In this document: positions 50,834 to 60,404 of the stretch, one piece after another
Layout: the number at the start of each line of letters is the position of its first letter
How positions within the stretch are numbered: position 1 is the first letter of the stretch
Origin: Candidatus Dormiibacterota bacterium
Lineage (GTDB): Bacteria > Chloroflexota > Dormibacteria > Aeolococcales > Aeolococcaceae
Reading direction: 5' to 3'
NCBI GenBank assembly: GCA_036732145.1
Contig: DAINCY010000001.1
Span: 5,197 to 69,196, forward strand
Length of the DNA: 64,000 nt
Position numbers and translations under genes: made by a program
Notes under the pieces: model-generated
Seen by the model: only the letters and a program-made list of their open reading frames with translations
What the model was told of the DNA's origin: nothing
Database searches by the model: none

Positions 50834-52534
50834 TCAGCCGACAGGCAGCACCGCGGTGTGCTCGATGCGCACCGCCTTCAGGTCACCCGGCTCCAGTCCC
50901 AGCAGCGCAAGGATGGTTGGTGCGATCTGCGTGGTCTCCACGGCGCGGTCATCGATCACGTGCGTGGCAACCGACCCGCCCGACACCACCAGCGGGACGT
51001 CGCGGTCCTGCGGGTTGGCACCGCCATGCTCGGCGATCTTGCCCATCTTGCCGGTGTAGACGCTGCCGAGCTGCGCGATGCCCAAGACGTCAGGAACGCG
51101 CGCGTCGCCGGGCGCCACATTGAAATAGTCAGCCGCCGCCTCTCCGGCGTGGACCGCCCTCAGTCCCGACTGGCTGAACGGCTTGGGGTTGCCGTTGATG
51201 TCGTTGCCGGTACCAGAATGCCCGAGCAGGAAGGTGCGCGCGAAGGACGTCGCCGCCGCCGAGCGATCGTTGAGCCAGATCATCATTCCATCGTCATCGA
51301 TGGCGAACGCCACCAAGGCTGCCGTCGACGAGGGATGGGCCGCCTGCCAGGCCGCGTCCAGCGCGTCGATGATGGGGCCGTCGGGGATGCGGGTCAGTCC
51401 GGCCGGCGTCTGCGGCGACTGGCCGTGCTTGGCGGACAGGATGATGGTGGTGCTCTTGTCGAGGTGCCGGTCCCGGATGGCGTCGCGGAAGCTGCCCACC
51501 TGGGTGTTGATGTAATCGAGGGCACGCACCAGCAGCGGTCCAGGGGTCACACCGTCGGCGAGGTAGCCGCCGGGTAGGCCGTTGGACACCGGCAGCTTCT
51601 CCGCGGTGGAGACGGTCTGGAAGTTCATCCCGAAGATCGAGGGTGTCCCCACAACGGTGCTGCCGCTGTGGTCGTAGCCGTTGATCTCATTGATCACCGC
51701 CTGCACCTTGTAGCTGTCGTACTGCATGGTGAGGGCGTTGTCGGTGGTCCAGTCGTTGCTCGAGCCCAACGTCGGCGCGTTGCTGTTGATCTCGGGCGTG
51801 AACAGGTCCTGGATGCCCGCGCCCGACGGCCCGTTGAGGACCTCGTACGCGGCGTGCTTGTCCGACCAAGCAGTGCGCAGTCCGGCGGCGCGTGCCACCT
51901 CGAACACCGTGTTGACCTTCAGGTAGGAGTGCGGGTACACCGGCTTGCAGGTGACCGGGTCGACGGGCAGCTTGGACGGATCGAGAAGGGTGGTTGCGTT
52001 GCCGGTGAGCTGCAGGATGCTGCCGGGCAAGTTGGCCAGGCCCTGGCCGGCATCCAGGGAGAGCGGGTTGAGGTCGGCCGCCTCGAAATAGGTCACCTCG
52101 ACGCCCGGCGTCGCGCCCGCACAGTTGGTGGTGCCCGCCGGAAGCAGGGCGTGGCTGTAGCTGTCGTCGTAGTAGATGCCGGTTGATGACGGGTTGCCGC
52201 CGGTCACCTGGCCGACCATCCCGGGGAACGAGTCCGAGGGAACCGGCGTCACCGCGTTGCTGAATTCGACGCCGGCGCCGACCAGCCTGGCAAGGGCGGA
52301 GTTGGGATGGTGCGCGACGTACCAGGTGAGGTCGGTCTGGTGCAGGCCGTCGACCGAGAGCAGCAGGACATGACGGTCCTGAGCACCGTCGTGGGCCAAT
52401 ACCGTGCCGGAGACGCCCAGCGACAGGGCGGTCAGACCGAGGGTGGTCAGCGCGGCGACACAACGGACAACTTTTCCTGGCACCGGTGGCCCTCCTGGAG
52501 CAACGACCGCGGACGCGGTGCGGGGCACCGCCAA
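50834..52534 (-). CDS. Secreted alkaline-phosphatase-superfamily enzyme (type I phosphodiesterase / nucleotide pyrophosphatase, PF01663-like)
   Basis: N-terminal signal peptide. Metal-site motifs LLLSVDGLHQTDL and TPVPSDSFPGMVGQVTGGNPSSTGI. 566 aa. Confidence 0.6.
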   Translation of the reverse strand: MAVPRTASAVVAPGGPPVPGKVVRCVAALTTLGLTALSLGVSGTVLAHDGAQDRHVLLLSVDGLHQTDLTWYVAHHPNSALARLVGAGVEFSNAVTPVPSDSFPGMVGQVTGGNPSSTGIYYDDSYSHALLPAGTTNCAGATPGVEVTYFEAADLNPLSLDAGQGLANLPGSILQLTGNATTLLDPSKLPVDPVTCKPVYPHSYLKVNTVFEVARAAGLRTAWSDKHAAYEVLNGPSGAGIQDLFTPEINSNAPTLGSSNDWTTDNALTMQYDSYKVQAVINEINGYDHSGSTVVGTPSIFGMNFQTVSTAEKLPVSNGLPGGYLADGVTPGPLLVRALDYINTQVGSFRDAIRDRHLDKSTTIILSAKHGQSPQTPAGLTRIPDGPIIDALDAAWQAAHPSSTAALVAFAIDDDGMMIWLNDRSAAATSFARTFLLGHSGTGNDINGNPKPFSQSGLRAVHAGEAAADYFNVAPGDARVPDVLGIAQLGSVYTGKMGKIAEHGGANPQDRDVPLVVSGGSVATHVIDDRAVETTQIAPTILALLGLEPGDLKAVRIEHTAVLPVG

Positions 52535-52583
52535 CAGGTCGCGAGGCTATGCGCGGCGCGGAGGTGAGGGTGGTAAGTGAGAG

Positions 52584-53672
52584 TTAAGAATCCGCGGTGT
52601 CAACTGCTGGCGACGGCGTCAGCACCAGCTTGCCCCGCCGCTCCCCGCCGGCCAGCGCCACGAAGGCTTCCGCGGCGCCGGCGAGTGGCCGCACCGAGTC
52701 GACGAGAGGATGCACCCGCCCGGTGGCGCACAGCTCGACGACGCGCGACAGCTCCTCACGCGTTCCCATGGTGCTGCCGGCGATGGTCAGTTGGCGCCAG
52801 AAGATGCGGTTGAGCTGCGCCGGCGGATTGGCTCCAGTGGTTGTCCCTGACACCACCACGACGCCGCCCGGCCTCACCGCGCGCAACGAGAAGTCCCAAG
52901 TGGCCTCTCCGACGGTGTCGAGAACGGCATCCACGCCGCCGCCGCTGGCAGCGATCACCTGCTTCACGGCGTCGCGATCGGTGGCGAACGCGGCCGCGGC
53001 CCCGAGCTCAACAGCTGCGCGCCGTTTGGCTTCGTCACGCGAGGTGGCGAACACCGTGAGGCCGCCGGCTGTCCCCAGGAGGATGGCTGCGCTGGCCACG
53101 CCCCCGGTGGCGCCGTGGACGAGCACTCGTTGGCCCGGGCGCAGCGCCGCTCTCACGAACAGCATCCGATAGGCGGTGAGGTAGGCCGTCGGCAAACAGG
53201 CCGCCGTGACACAGTCGACGCTCTCGGGAAGCGCAAGAATGTTGCTGACCGGGACCACGAGGCGTTCTGCGAGCGTGCCCGGGAATGGCGGTTCGCTGAG
53301 CAGGCCGATGCGCGGGCAGTGAAGTTCGTCACCGGAACGGCAGGCCGGACACCGGCCGCAGGTCATGACGCTGTGGACCACGACCGCGGCCCCGACGGCG
53401 GGGGCACCCTCGGGCGGCTCGCCCCCGCCGTAGCCAAGAACGAAGCCGGCCGCATCGCAGCCGAGGACCTGCGGTTCGGTCAGCGGGCGCGAGCCGACCC
53501 CGCGCAGGGTCCAGAGATCGTGGTGATTGAGGGCCGCCGCGGCGACAGCGATCAGCACCTCTTCCCTGCCGGCAACGGGATCGGTGACCTCGGCGATCTC
53601 GAGGTTGCTGAGCGGGTCGTCACCGCCGTATCGGACCGCACGAACTGCCAGCACGGCCGCCAACGGTAGCAT
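52584..53672 (-). CDS. Zinc-binding MDR-family alcohol dehydrogenase / quinone oxidoreductase
   Basis: GroES-like domain with Zn-ligand cysteines (CGRCPACRSGDELHC). Rossmann motif VLVHGATGGVASAAILLG. Start inferred at the internal ATG at 53672. Confidence 0.75.
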   Translation of the reverse strand: MLPLAAVLAVRAVRYGGDDPLSNLEIAEVTDPVAGREEVLIAVAAAALNHHDLWTLRGVGSRPLTEPQVLGCDAAGFVLGYGGGEPPEGAPAVGAAVVVHSVMTCGRCPACRSGDELHCPRIGLLSEPPFPGTLAERLVVPVSNILALPESVDCVTAACLPTAYLTAYRMLFVRAALRPGQRVLVHGATGGVASAAILLGTAGGLTVFATSRDEAKRRAAVELGAAAAFATDRDAVKQVIAASGGGVDAVLDTVGEATWDFSLRAVRPGGVVVVSGTTTGANPPAQLNRIFWRQLTIAGSTMGTREELSRVVELCATGRVHPLVDSVRPLAGAAEAFVALAGGERRGKLVLTPSPAVDTADS

Positions 53673-53715
53673 CACGGTGGCGCCGAACCGCCGAGGTCCG
53701 TCACCATCATGGGCC

Positions 53716-54603
53716 ATGCGCATCGATAGCCTGTTCAGGCAGGACGAGCCGCTCTTCTCCTTCGAGTTCTTTCCGCCGCGGGACGACGAGGGTGCCGACA
53801 GGCTGTTCGACACCATCGCGACACTGGGCGACCTGTCGCCGGCATTCGTGTCCGTGACCCACGGCGCCGGCGGCAGCCAGCGCGATGACCGAACCGTCCG
53901 GCTTGTGGAACGCATCGGCCGCGAGACCGGGCTGCTGCCGATGGCCCACCTCACCTGCCGCGACTCGACGATCGCGGAGCTCCTCACGGAGATCCGCCGA
54001 TACCAGGACGTGGGGATCGACAACGTCCTAGCGCTGCGCGGTGATCCACCCAACGGGGAGGGACGGTTCGTTCCCCACGAGGGCGGCCTGCGCTACGGCA
54101 GTGAGCTGGTGCGCCTCCTCCACGACAACGCCGACATCTGTGTCGGCGCCGCCTGTTCTCCCGAGAAGCACGTCGAGTCGGCGAGCCTGGACGACGACGT
54201 CGTCGCCGCGTGCCAGAAGGTGGAGGCGGGTGCGAGCTTCCTGATCACCCAGCTCTTCTTCGACAACAGCCGCTACTTCAGCTTCGTGGCGCGGGCGCGG
54301 GCGGCTGGTGTGGACGTGCCCATCGTGCCCGGGATCATGCCCATCACCAACGTCGACCAGGTCTACCGCTTCACCGCGAAAATCGGCGCGTCGATTCCGA
54401 CGGCGCTCCGCGCTGCGCTGGAGACGCGGATGGACGATCCCCACGCGGTCATTCAGCTGGGCGTTGCCTGGGCCACGTTGCAATGCAGCGAGCTGCTCCG
54501 CGCCGGTGCGCCCGGCGTGCATTTCATCACGCTGAACCGCTCTCCGGCGACCCGCGCCATCCTCACGGCACTGCGGATCGCCCGACCCTGGGAGGCCGGC
54601 TGA
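53716..54603 (+). CDS. metF: 5,10-methylenetetrahydrofolate reductase
   Basis: MetF pattern FSFEFFPP, HLTCRD and ITQLFFD. 295 aa from the internal ATG. Confidence 0.85.
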   Translation: MRIDSLFRQDEPLFSFEFFPPRDDEGADRLFDTIATLGDLSPAFVSVTHGAGGSQRDDRTVRLVERIGRETGLLPMAHLTCRDSTIAELLTEIRRYQDVGIDNVLALRGDPPNGEGRFVPHEGGLRYGSELVRLLHDNADICVGAACSPEKHVESASLDDDVVAACQKVEAGASFLITQLFFDNSRYFSFVARARAAGVDVPIVPGIMPITNVDQVYRFTAKIGASIPTALRAALETRMDDPHAVIQLGVAWATLQCSELLRAGAPGVHFITLNRSPATRAILTALRIARPWEAG

Positions 54604-54640
54604 GGGCGAAGCTGGGAGGTCCGCCCGCCCAGTCAGAACA

Positions 54641-55777
54641 TCAGCCGTGCGCGGTCGGCGGCGGCGGAAGCGTGAAGACCAAGGGGCTCGGGGTGGGACG
54701 CGGGGTTGGGGCAGGCGTCGCGGTGGGGGTCGGCGTCGCGGACACGGAGGGGATGGATGGACCAACGCTGGTCGCCGGCGTCGATGCCTTCAGGGAGCTG
54801 CCCGCGATGTCGCGGCCCAGCGACGCCGGCTCACCTGGGTGACCACCGATCGCAGGTGCTGTGGGGTTCTCGAGGTCGACGTATCCGAAGGCGGGGTGCG
54901 CCAGGTCAAGGCGTCCGTTGAGGGCGGCCAGCACCGCCAGCTGTCCGGGAATGGCAGCCAGGGCGTCACTGCTGTCCAAGGCCCCGAAGATCGCCTGCCA
55001 GCCACTGCTGCACCACGCCGAGAGCACGTTGCTGTTGCTCAGCACAAAGGCGTCCAGGGTGCAGCCGTAGACAGACGCCCACCGCCGGGCGGCACTGGCG
55101 AGGACATCGGCCAGGCCGTTCATCACGGGCTGCTGGGTCCCGGGGCGATAGTCGAGGAGCAGCGGCACGCCCCTCTCTGCCGCCGCGGTCGACTGAGTGA
55201 GTGGGAGCGTGGCTCCATTGGCGGCGACGAACGTGCTCTGGGCGCCGTGGCGGAGAAGCAGGTCCGGCTGCCATTCGGTGACCGCGATCTGCACGGTCGA
55301 CGGCAGCTGGGTGGTGACCGTGGCAGAGCGGACCCAGGGAAGCCGGGCGATCCGGGAACGGATCGCCTCACCGTCCACTGTGAAGAGGCTCGACTGAGGC
55401 ACGCGAGCGGCTGCGAGCACGGCGGCGCGGCTGAGCAGATGGTCGCCGGTGACATCCACAGTGTCGACGCGAAAGCCGGGAGCGGTGAGGAGCGCGGCGA
55501 GCAGGCCAACCTGGGCGAGCAGAAGGGCGGCGCCGACCAACCGGCGCAGCAGTGGTCCACGCCGACGTTCTGCGGCCGCCACCGGTTGCCGGCTGGCTCC
55601 GTGCTGACGGCGCCGCGATGAGGGCTGCAGCGGTACCCCGGCAGGGACGTGAAATCGACGGCCCATGCGCGGTCCGTCCACCAGGCCGGCGGCGATGACG
55701 CGGATCTGTGCTTGGCGCGCGCCGGCGTCGTCGAGCACAGGGCTTGTGGGAGGGCGCTCTTTGAGGTTCTGGGGCAT
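54641..55777 (-). CDS. ftsQ: Cell division protein FtsQ/DivIB (POTRA domain), with a Pro/Thr-rich C-terminal tail
   Basis: Basic cytoplasmic N-terminus, a single TM helix (LVGAALLLAQVGLLAALL) and a POTRA region (FRVDTVDVTGDHLLSRAAV). Position in the dcw cluster supports the call. Confidence 0.7.
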   Translation of the reverse strand: MPQNLKERPPTSPVLDDAGARQAQIRVIAAGLVDGPRMGRRFHVPAGVPLQPSSRRRQHGASRQPVAAAERRRGPLLRRLVGAALLLAQVGLLAALLTAPGFRVDTVDVTGDHLLSRAAVLAAARVPQSSLFTVDGEAIRSRIARLPWVRSATVTTQLPSTVQIAVTEWQPDLLLRHGAQSTFVAANGATLPLTQSTAAAERGVPLLLDYRPGTQQPVMNGLADVLASAARRWASVYGCTLDAFVLSNSNVLSAWCSSGWQAIFGALDSSDALAAIPGQLAVLAALNGRLDLAHPAFGYVDLENPTAPAIGGHPGEPASLGRDIAGSSLKASTPATSVGPSIPSVSATPTPTATPAPTPRPTPSPLVFTLPPPPTAHG

Positions 55778-55877
55778 CGAGAGGAGGACGTGAGCAAGGA
55801 CGTTCGGCCCGGGCGCCGGTCCGCACAGTATGGGACCGATTGACGCACCGCGACGGATTGCGCGGACCCCGGACGGG

Positions 55878-57527
55878 TCAGGCAGCCCCCAGGTAGGTGT
55901 CGGGAAGGTCGTTGGCGAACAGGACGGCATCGCCGGCGCCGGCGATGCGACCGATCATCTCGGTGGCCTCCGCGAGCGACCGCACCACGTGGACGCGGTC
56001 GTCGGACATGCCGCCGGCGCGCAGGCCGTCTCGCAGAGCGCGCGCCGGTCGCGCGTCCATGACGATGACGTGGTCGCAGACGCGGGCGGCGTGCTCACCG
56101 TACCTGCGGTTCTCCTCGTCCTCGACAGCTCCCAACTCAACCAGGCCGGGGGTGACGAGGATGCGCGACCTCGCCTCGAGCTGCGACAGCACCTCAAGCC
56201 CGTTGTGCACGCCCACCGGGTTGGCGTTGTAGGAGTCGTCGATGACGGTGATGGCATTGCCGGTGGGAACGGGTTGGAGGCGATGATCGACCGGGCGCAG
56301 CGAGGCCACCTCGGCCAGCGCGGGGTGGAGAGGCAGACCGAGCCGGTGCACAGCCGCCAGGGCCGCACTGACGTTGAGCACCTGGTGACGACCGAGGAGC
56401 GGCAGCTCGAGATCATGGTGCACTCCGGCTGCTGGCCATCGCCACGTGAAGCGCGAGCCCTGTCCCGTGATCTGGACATCCTCGGCCACAACATCGAGAT
56501 CGCCTGTCCCCGCAATGCCGTAGCGGATCACCTCATGTCCTGCTGCCCGGGCCCTGGCCGCCAGGGCAGCGCCCCACTCGTCTCCCGCGTACACCAGCGT
56601 AAAGCCATCCGGCGCCAGCGCGTCGATGGTTTCGTAGAGGGCGCTGCTGATGCGCTCGAGGCTGCCAAAGCGCTCCAGGTGCTGCGGCCCGACTGAGGTG
56701 ACCAGAGCGTGACGTGGTCGCACAAGAGCGCAGATGGACGCGATCTCTCCGGGAGCGTACGCGTCCATCTCGACGATGAAGGTGCGGTGATGCTCGTCGA
56801 GGACGTCGTTGACCGTGCGGCACACGCCCATCAGGGTGTTGAAGCTCTTGGGGGTCGCCAGCGTGGGGCCGTACTGCTCCAGCATGTGCGCCAGGATGTG
56901 CTTGGTCGAGGTCTTCCCGTAGCTTCCCGCCACCGCGATCACCAGCGGCTGGAACCGTTCGAGCCGGAGCCGGGCGCGTCGCAGGAAGCCGCGCCGCACC
57001 CCCGCCTCGATCGGTGCGTTGAGGATGTTGGCGGCCACCAGCACCCCCATGCTCAGCGCCGTGAACCCGAGAGACAGCAGGGTGGACAGGGCGCCGGCGA
57101 CCCACACGGGACCGATGGACACCGCCAGCGAGACCAGGGCGGCGAGCAGTGCGCCGAGGACGGCGGCGGTCGCCAGCATGCGGCGCAGCCGCGGGGTGTA
57201 CACCAGTTCCTTCTTGGGCCGCAGCCATCGCCAGAGGACGTGAGCCGCGCCGACCCCGCCGGCCCATGCGGCCGCCACCGCGACGCGCAATCCCGGCCTG
57301 CTGAGGTCGGTGATCGCGAACACAGTCACCACCGCAACAGGGGTGGTGGCGACCATCACGCAACGATGGAGCAGCCAGCGGCGCGTGGCGCCCCAGGCGA
57401 GCAGCCGTGCTGCCTCGTACTCCTCGATCTGATACATCCGAGCCGCAACCAGGGCAGCGCGACCAAGCAGCGCCATCCAGGCAGCGCCCGCGACCGCGAC
57501 CAGCGCACCCTGGAGCGCGGCGGTCAC
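55878..57527 (-). CDS. MurF-like Mur ligase (D-alanyl-D-alanine-adding enzyme signature) with an N-terminal polytopic membrane domain
   Basis: Mur ligase P-loop VIAVAGSYGKTSTK. MurF-specific C-terminal motif IDDSYNANP. The first ~190 aa contain 4-5 hydrophobic helices in place of a soluble MurF N-domain. The ATG overlaps the hydrolase stop as ATGA. Confidence 0.7.
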   Translation of the reverse strand: MTAALQGALVAVAGAAWMALLGRAALVAARMYQIEEYEAARLLAWGATRRWLLHRCVMVATTPVAVVTVFAITDLSRPGLRVAVAAAWAGGVGAAHVLWRWLRPKKELVYTPRLRRMLATAAVLGALLAALVSLAVSIGPVWVAGALSTLLSLGFTALSMGVLVAANILNAPIEAGVRRGFLRRARLRLERFQPLVIAVAGSYGKTSTKHILAHMLEQYGPTLATPKSFNTLMGVCRTVNDVLDEHHRTFIVEMDAYAPGEIASICALVRPRHALVTSVGPQHLERFGSLERISSALYETIDALAPDGFTLVYAGDEWGAALAARARAAGHEVIRYGIAGTGDLDVVAEDVQITGQGSRFTWRWPAAGVHHDLELPLLGRHQVLNVSAALAAVHRLGLPLHPALAEVASLRPVDHRLQPVPTGNAITVIDDSYNANPVGVHNGLEVLSQLEARSRILVTPGLVELGAVEDEENRRYGEHAARVCDHVIVMDARPARALRDGLRAGGMSDDRVHVVRSLAEATEMIGRIAGAGDAVLFANDLPDTYLGAA

Positions 57528-58294
57528 GAGGTCTCGCGGCGCAGGAAGACGTTGACGATGCGACAGAAGCGGTCGGGCTCCTGCGCATACGCGAAGTGAC
57601 CACAGCCGTCGAACACCACCAGGCCGGCGTCGGGTATGAGCAGCTCCATGAGGCGCGCGTCACTCAGCGGCGTCTCCTGGTCGCGCGCACCCCAGATCAA
57701 CAGCGTGGATGCGGCCAGTCGCGAGAGCTGGGGGCGCAGGTCCGCGTTGACCAGCCGCACCATGCTGGCTCGAACCGTTCCCGTCGCTGCCCGGTAGTCC
57801 TCGCTGCCCCGCAGCTCAGCACGACGCTGGGCCAGGCGGCGAAGTGGCGCGGGCAGCCAAGGCCGCAGTGAGGCGGCGCGCAGCGCCTTGAAGGTGCCCA
57901 CCCGCCACCGGTGGCCAAGCCCATGGCGCGGCCGGATCCCCGCGCTGTCGGTGAGGACCAGGCGATCCACCCTGTGCGGGTGGGCGGACCCCACGGCGAT
58001 GGCCACCCGGCCGCCGTTGGAGTGCCCGACGATATGGGCGCGCTCGATGCCCAGGCGATCGAGCAGGGCGATCACCCACTCGGCATAGTCGTCCACCCCC
58101 CAGGCCTGAGGCGGAGGTGGGGTGGCCCCGAAGCCGGGCAGGTCGGGGGCGACGATGCGGTAGCCGGGGAGCCGCTCTGCGATGGGGGCCATCAGCTCCT
58201 TGCTCGCACCCCACCCGTGGAGCAGGAGCAGCGCCGGCCCGCTGCCCTGATCGAGCAGGGCTGCGGCCGGGTCCTCTGCAATCGCGACCATCAC
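57524..58294 (-). CDS. Alpha/beta-hydrolase fold protein
   Basis: LLLLHGWGAS oxyanion region, nucleophile elbow GHSNGG, C-terminal His (GCGHFAY). Overlaps ddl and the MurF-like gene by 4 nt each. Confidence 0.8.
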   Translation of the reverse strand: MMVAIAEDPAAALLDQGSGPALLLLHGWGASKELMAPIAERLPGYRIVAPDLPGFGATPPPPQAWGVDDYAEWVIALLDRLGIERAHIVGHSNGGRVAIAVGSAHPHRVDRLVLTDSAGIRPRHGLGHRWRVGTFKALRAASLRPWLPAPLRRLAQRRAELRGSEDYRAATGTVRASMVRLVNADLRPQLSRLAASTLLIWGARDQETPLSDARLMELLIPDAGLVVFDGCGHFAYAQEPDRFCRIVNVFLRRETS

Positions 58295-59481
58295 GGGACG
58301 GTCTTGGCGCCTCCGCCGCCGAGCATCCAGTGATCGAACACCACCGTGCTCTCACCGCGTCGGGCGTGACCTCGACGAGCAATCTCGATCAGCTCGTCGA
58401 GCAAGGCTGTGAAGGAGAGTCCCGCCGGCTCGAAGAGATAGAACGAGAGGGAGCCGGGAATGGGATTGACCTCGTTGACCACAAAGCTCTGAGCTTCGGT
58501 GTCGACAAGGAAGTCGATCCGGGCGACGCCCGATGCTCCCACTGCTGCAAAAGCCGCCAGGGCCGCGGCGCGAACGCGCGACGCGAGCTCCTCGTCGAGC
58601 GGCGCCGGGATGATTCGCTGTGCGCCCTTCATCCCCGCCGAGGTGCTCGACGACTTGGCCGAAGGGGCCCGGTATTTGTCGTCGTAGCTGAGCAGGCCAC
58701 GCTTGGTCGGCTGTTCGAGGAGCGAGGTGCGGGCGTCGATCCCATCGCCAAGAACTGCGCAGTTGATCTCGACGATCTGCTCCTGAGCGGCCTCGACGAG
58801 ACAGCGTTGATCGTAGGTGAGGGCGACGTCGACGGCGTCGCGCAGCTCTGATCGATGTGCGGCCCGCGACACGCCGATGCTCGACCCCAGGCTGACCGGC
58901 TTGACGTAGAGCGGGTACGACGCCAGTGCCTCGGCCGCGTGCACGGCCTCATCAACGTCGTCGCGCCAGCGGTCGCGGTCGATGACGACATCGCCGAGCA
59001 CCGGCAGATCCGCGGCGCGAAGCACCGTCTTGGCCAGCGACTTGTCCATGGCCACCGCGGAGGCGGCCACACCGCTGCCGGTGTATGGAATCCCCGCCAT
59101 GTCGAGAAGGCCCTGCAGGCTACCGTCCTCCCCGAAGCTGCCGTGCACCAGTGGCATGGCGACATCGACGTCCACCGCAGCGGCGCCGGCACGTCGGAGG
59201 AGGCCGCGGCGCGAGGCCCCCACGGGCAGCAGCGCCAGCCCTGGGCGTGAGGGGTCGATGACGGGGGTGACCACGGTGCAACCGGCGAGCAGACTGTCCA
59301 CGTCGGCGAACCGATCCAGTTGAGTGAGGGGATCGCCTGTGTACCACCTGCCGTTCTTGGCGATGTACACCGGCACCGCGTGATGCCGGGGCGAGAGTGC
59401 AGCCAGCACCTGATGCGCGGTGATCACCGAGACCTCGTGCTCGACCGAACGGCTCCCGAAGATGGCGGCGACGGTGCTCAT
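58291..59481 (-). CDS. ddl: D-alanine--D-alanine ligase
   Basis: N-terminal AAIFGSRSVEHEVSV. ATP-grasp motifs. SYDDKY omega-loop region. C-terminal NEVNPIPG. 396 aa, slightly extended. Confidence 0.9.
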   Translation of the reverse strand: MSTVAAIFGSRSVEHEVSVITAHQVLAALSPRHHAVPVYIAKNGRWYTGDPLTQLDRFADVDSLLAGCTVVTPVIDPSRPGLALLPVGASRRGLLRRAGAAAVDVDVAMPLVHGSFGEDGSLQGLLDMAGIPYTGSGVAASAVAMDKSLAKTVLRAADLPVLGDVVIDRDRWRDDVDEAVHAAEALASYPLYVKPVSLGSSIGVSRAAHRSELRDAVDVALTYDQRCLVEAAQEQIVEINCAVLGDGIDARTSLLEQPTKRGLLSYDDKYRAPSAKSSSTSAGMKGAQRIIPAPLDEELASRVRAAALAAFAAVGASGVARIDFLVDTEAQSFVVNEVNPIPGSLSFYLFEPAGLSFTALLDELIEIARRGHARRGESTVVFDHWMLGGGGAKTVP

Positions 59482-60404
59482 GGAACGCTCCGTGCCGCCG
59501 CTCGGATGTGCAGGGGCTCGCCCAGAAGCACGATCTCGCGTTCCAGCACAACGCCAAAACGGGAGGCGACCTCGTCGCGGGCGATGTCAACGAGGGCCAG
59601 CACGTCGGCGGCGCTGGCGTGGTCGACGTTGAGGATGAAGTTGGCATGTTTGGGCGAGATCTGTGCGCCGCCGTGGCTGCGCCCACCCAGGCCGGCAGCC
59701 TCGATGAGACGCCCCGCGAAGTCACCGGGAGGGTTCTTGAAGGTGCTTCCCAGGCTGCGCACCCCGTAGGGTTGCGTGCGTTTGCGCTCAGCCTGGACGG
59801 CGTCGGTGCGCCGCCGCACCTCGGACACCTCGTCGGGCTTCACGGCGAAACGGCCGCGCAGGACGACGTGGCCGCTCAGGTCGTTCTTGAACCGCGAGTC
59901 CCGATAGCCGAAGGCGCACTCGCCGCGGGCCATCCATCGCGTGGTGCCATCGGGAGCGGCGACCAGGCAACTGATGAGGCTGCCGGCCACCTCGCCGCCA
60001 AAGGCTCCCGCGTTTCCCCAGATTGACGCTCCGCAGCTGCCGGGAACGCCGATGCCCCATTCCATGCCGCCCAGCCCGATGCGGGCGAGATCGAGAGCTG
60101 CCCGAGGCAGCATCGCCCCGGCCGCCAGGATGACCTCGCCGTCGCCGACGGACATCTCCTTGCTCATCACGCGCAGCGCGAGTCCGCGCACGCCGCCGTC
60201 CTGGATCAGCGCATTGCTTCCCGCGCCGAGCACGGTCACGGCCACACCGTTCTCCGTGCACCGGCCGATCAGCTCGGGGACGGTTGCGAGGTCGTCGAGG
60301 CGCAGGAAGAGGTCGGCGGGGCCACCGATGCCGTACTGGCTGTGACGCGAGAGAGGCTCGTTGCGACGCACCCCTGGCCACCGCTCGAGCCACTCAGTGG
60401 ACAC
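59478..60404 (-). CDS. murB: UDP-N-acetylenolpyruvoylglucosamine reductase
   Basis: FAD-binding GIGGPADLF...GAGSNAL. Catalytic region RSLGSTFKNP. GTG start at 60404 overlaps murC by 11 nt. Confidence 0.9.
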   Translation of the reverse strand: MSTEWLERWPGVRRNEPLSRHSQYGIGGPADLFLRLDDLATVPELIGRCTENGVAVTVLGAGSNALIQDGGVRGLALRVMSKEMSVGDGEVILAAGAMLPRAALDLARIGLGGMEWGIGVPGSCGASIWGNAGAFGGEVAGSLISCLVAAPDGTTRWMARGECAFGYRDSRFKNDLSGHVVLRGRFAVKPDEVSEVRRRTDAVQAERKRTQPYGVRSLGSTFKNPPGDFAGRLIEAAGLGGRSHGGAQISPKHANFILNVDHASAADVLALVDIARDEVASRFGVVLEREIVLLGEPLHIRAAARSVP

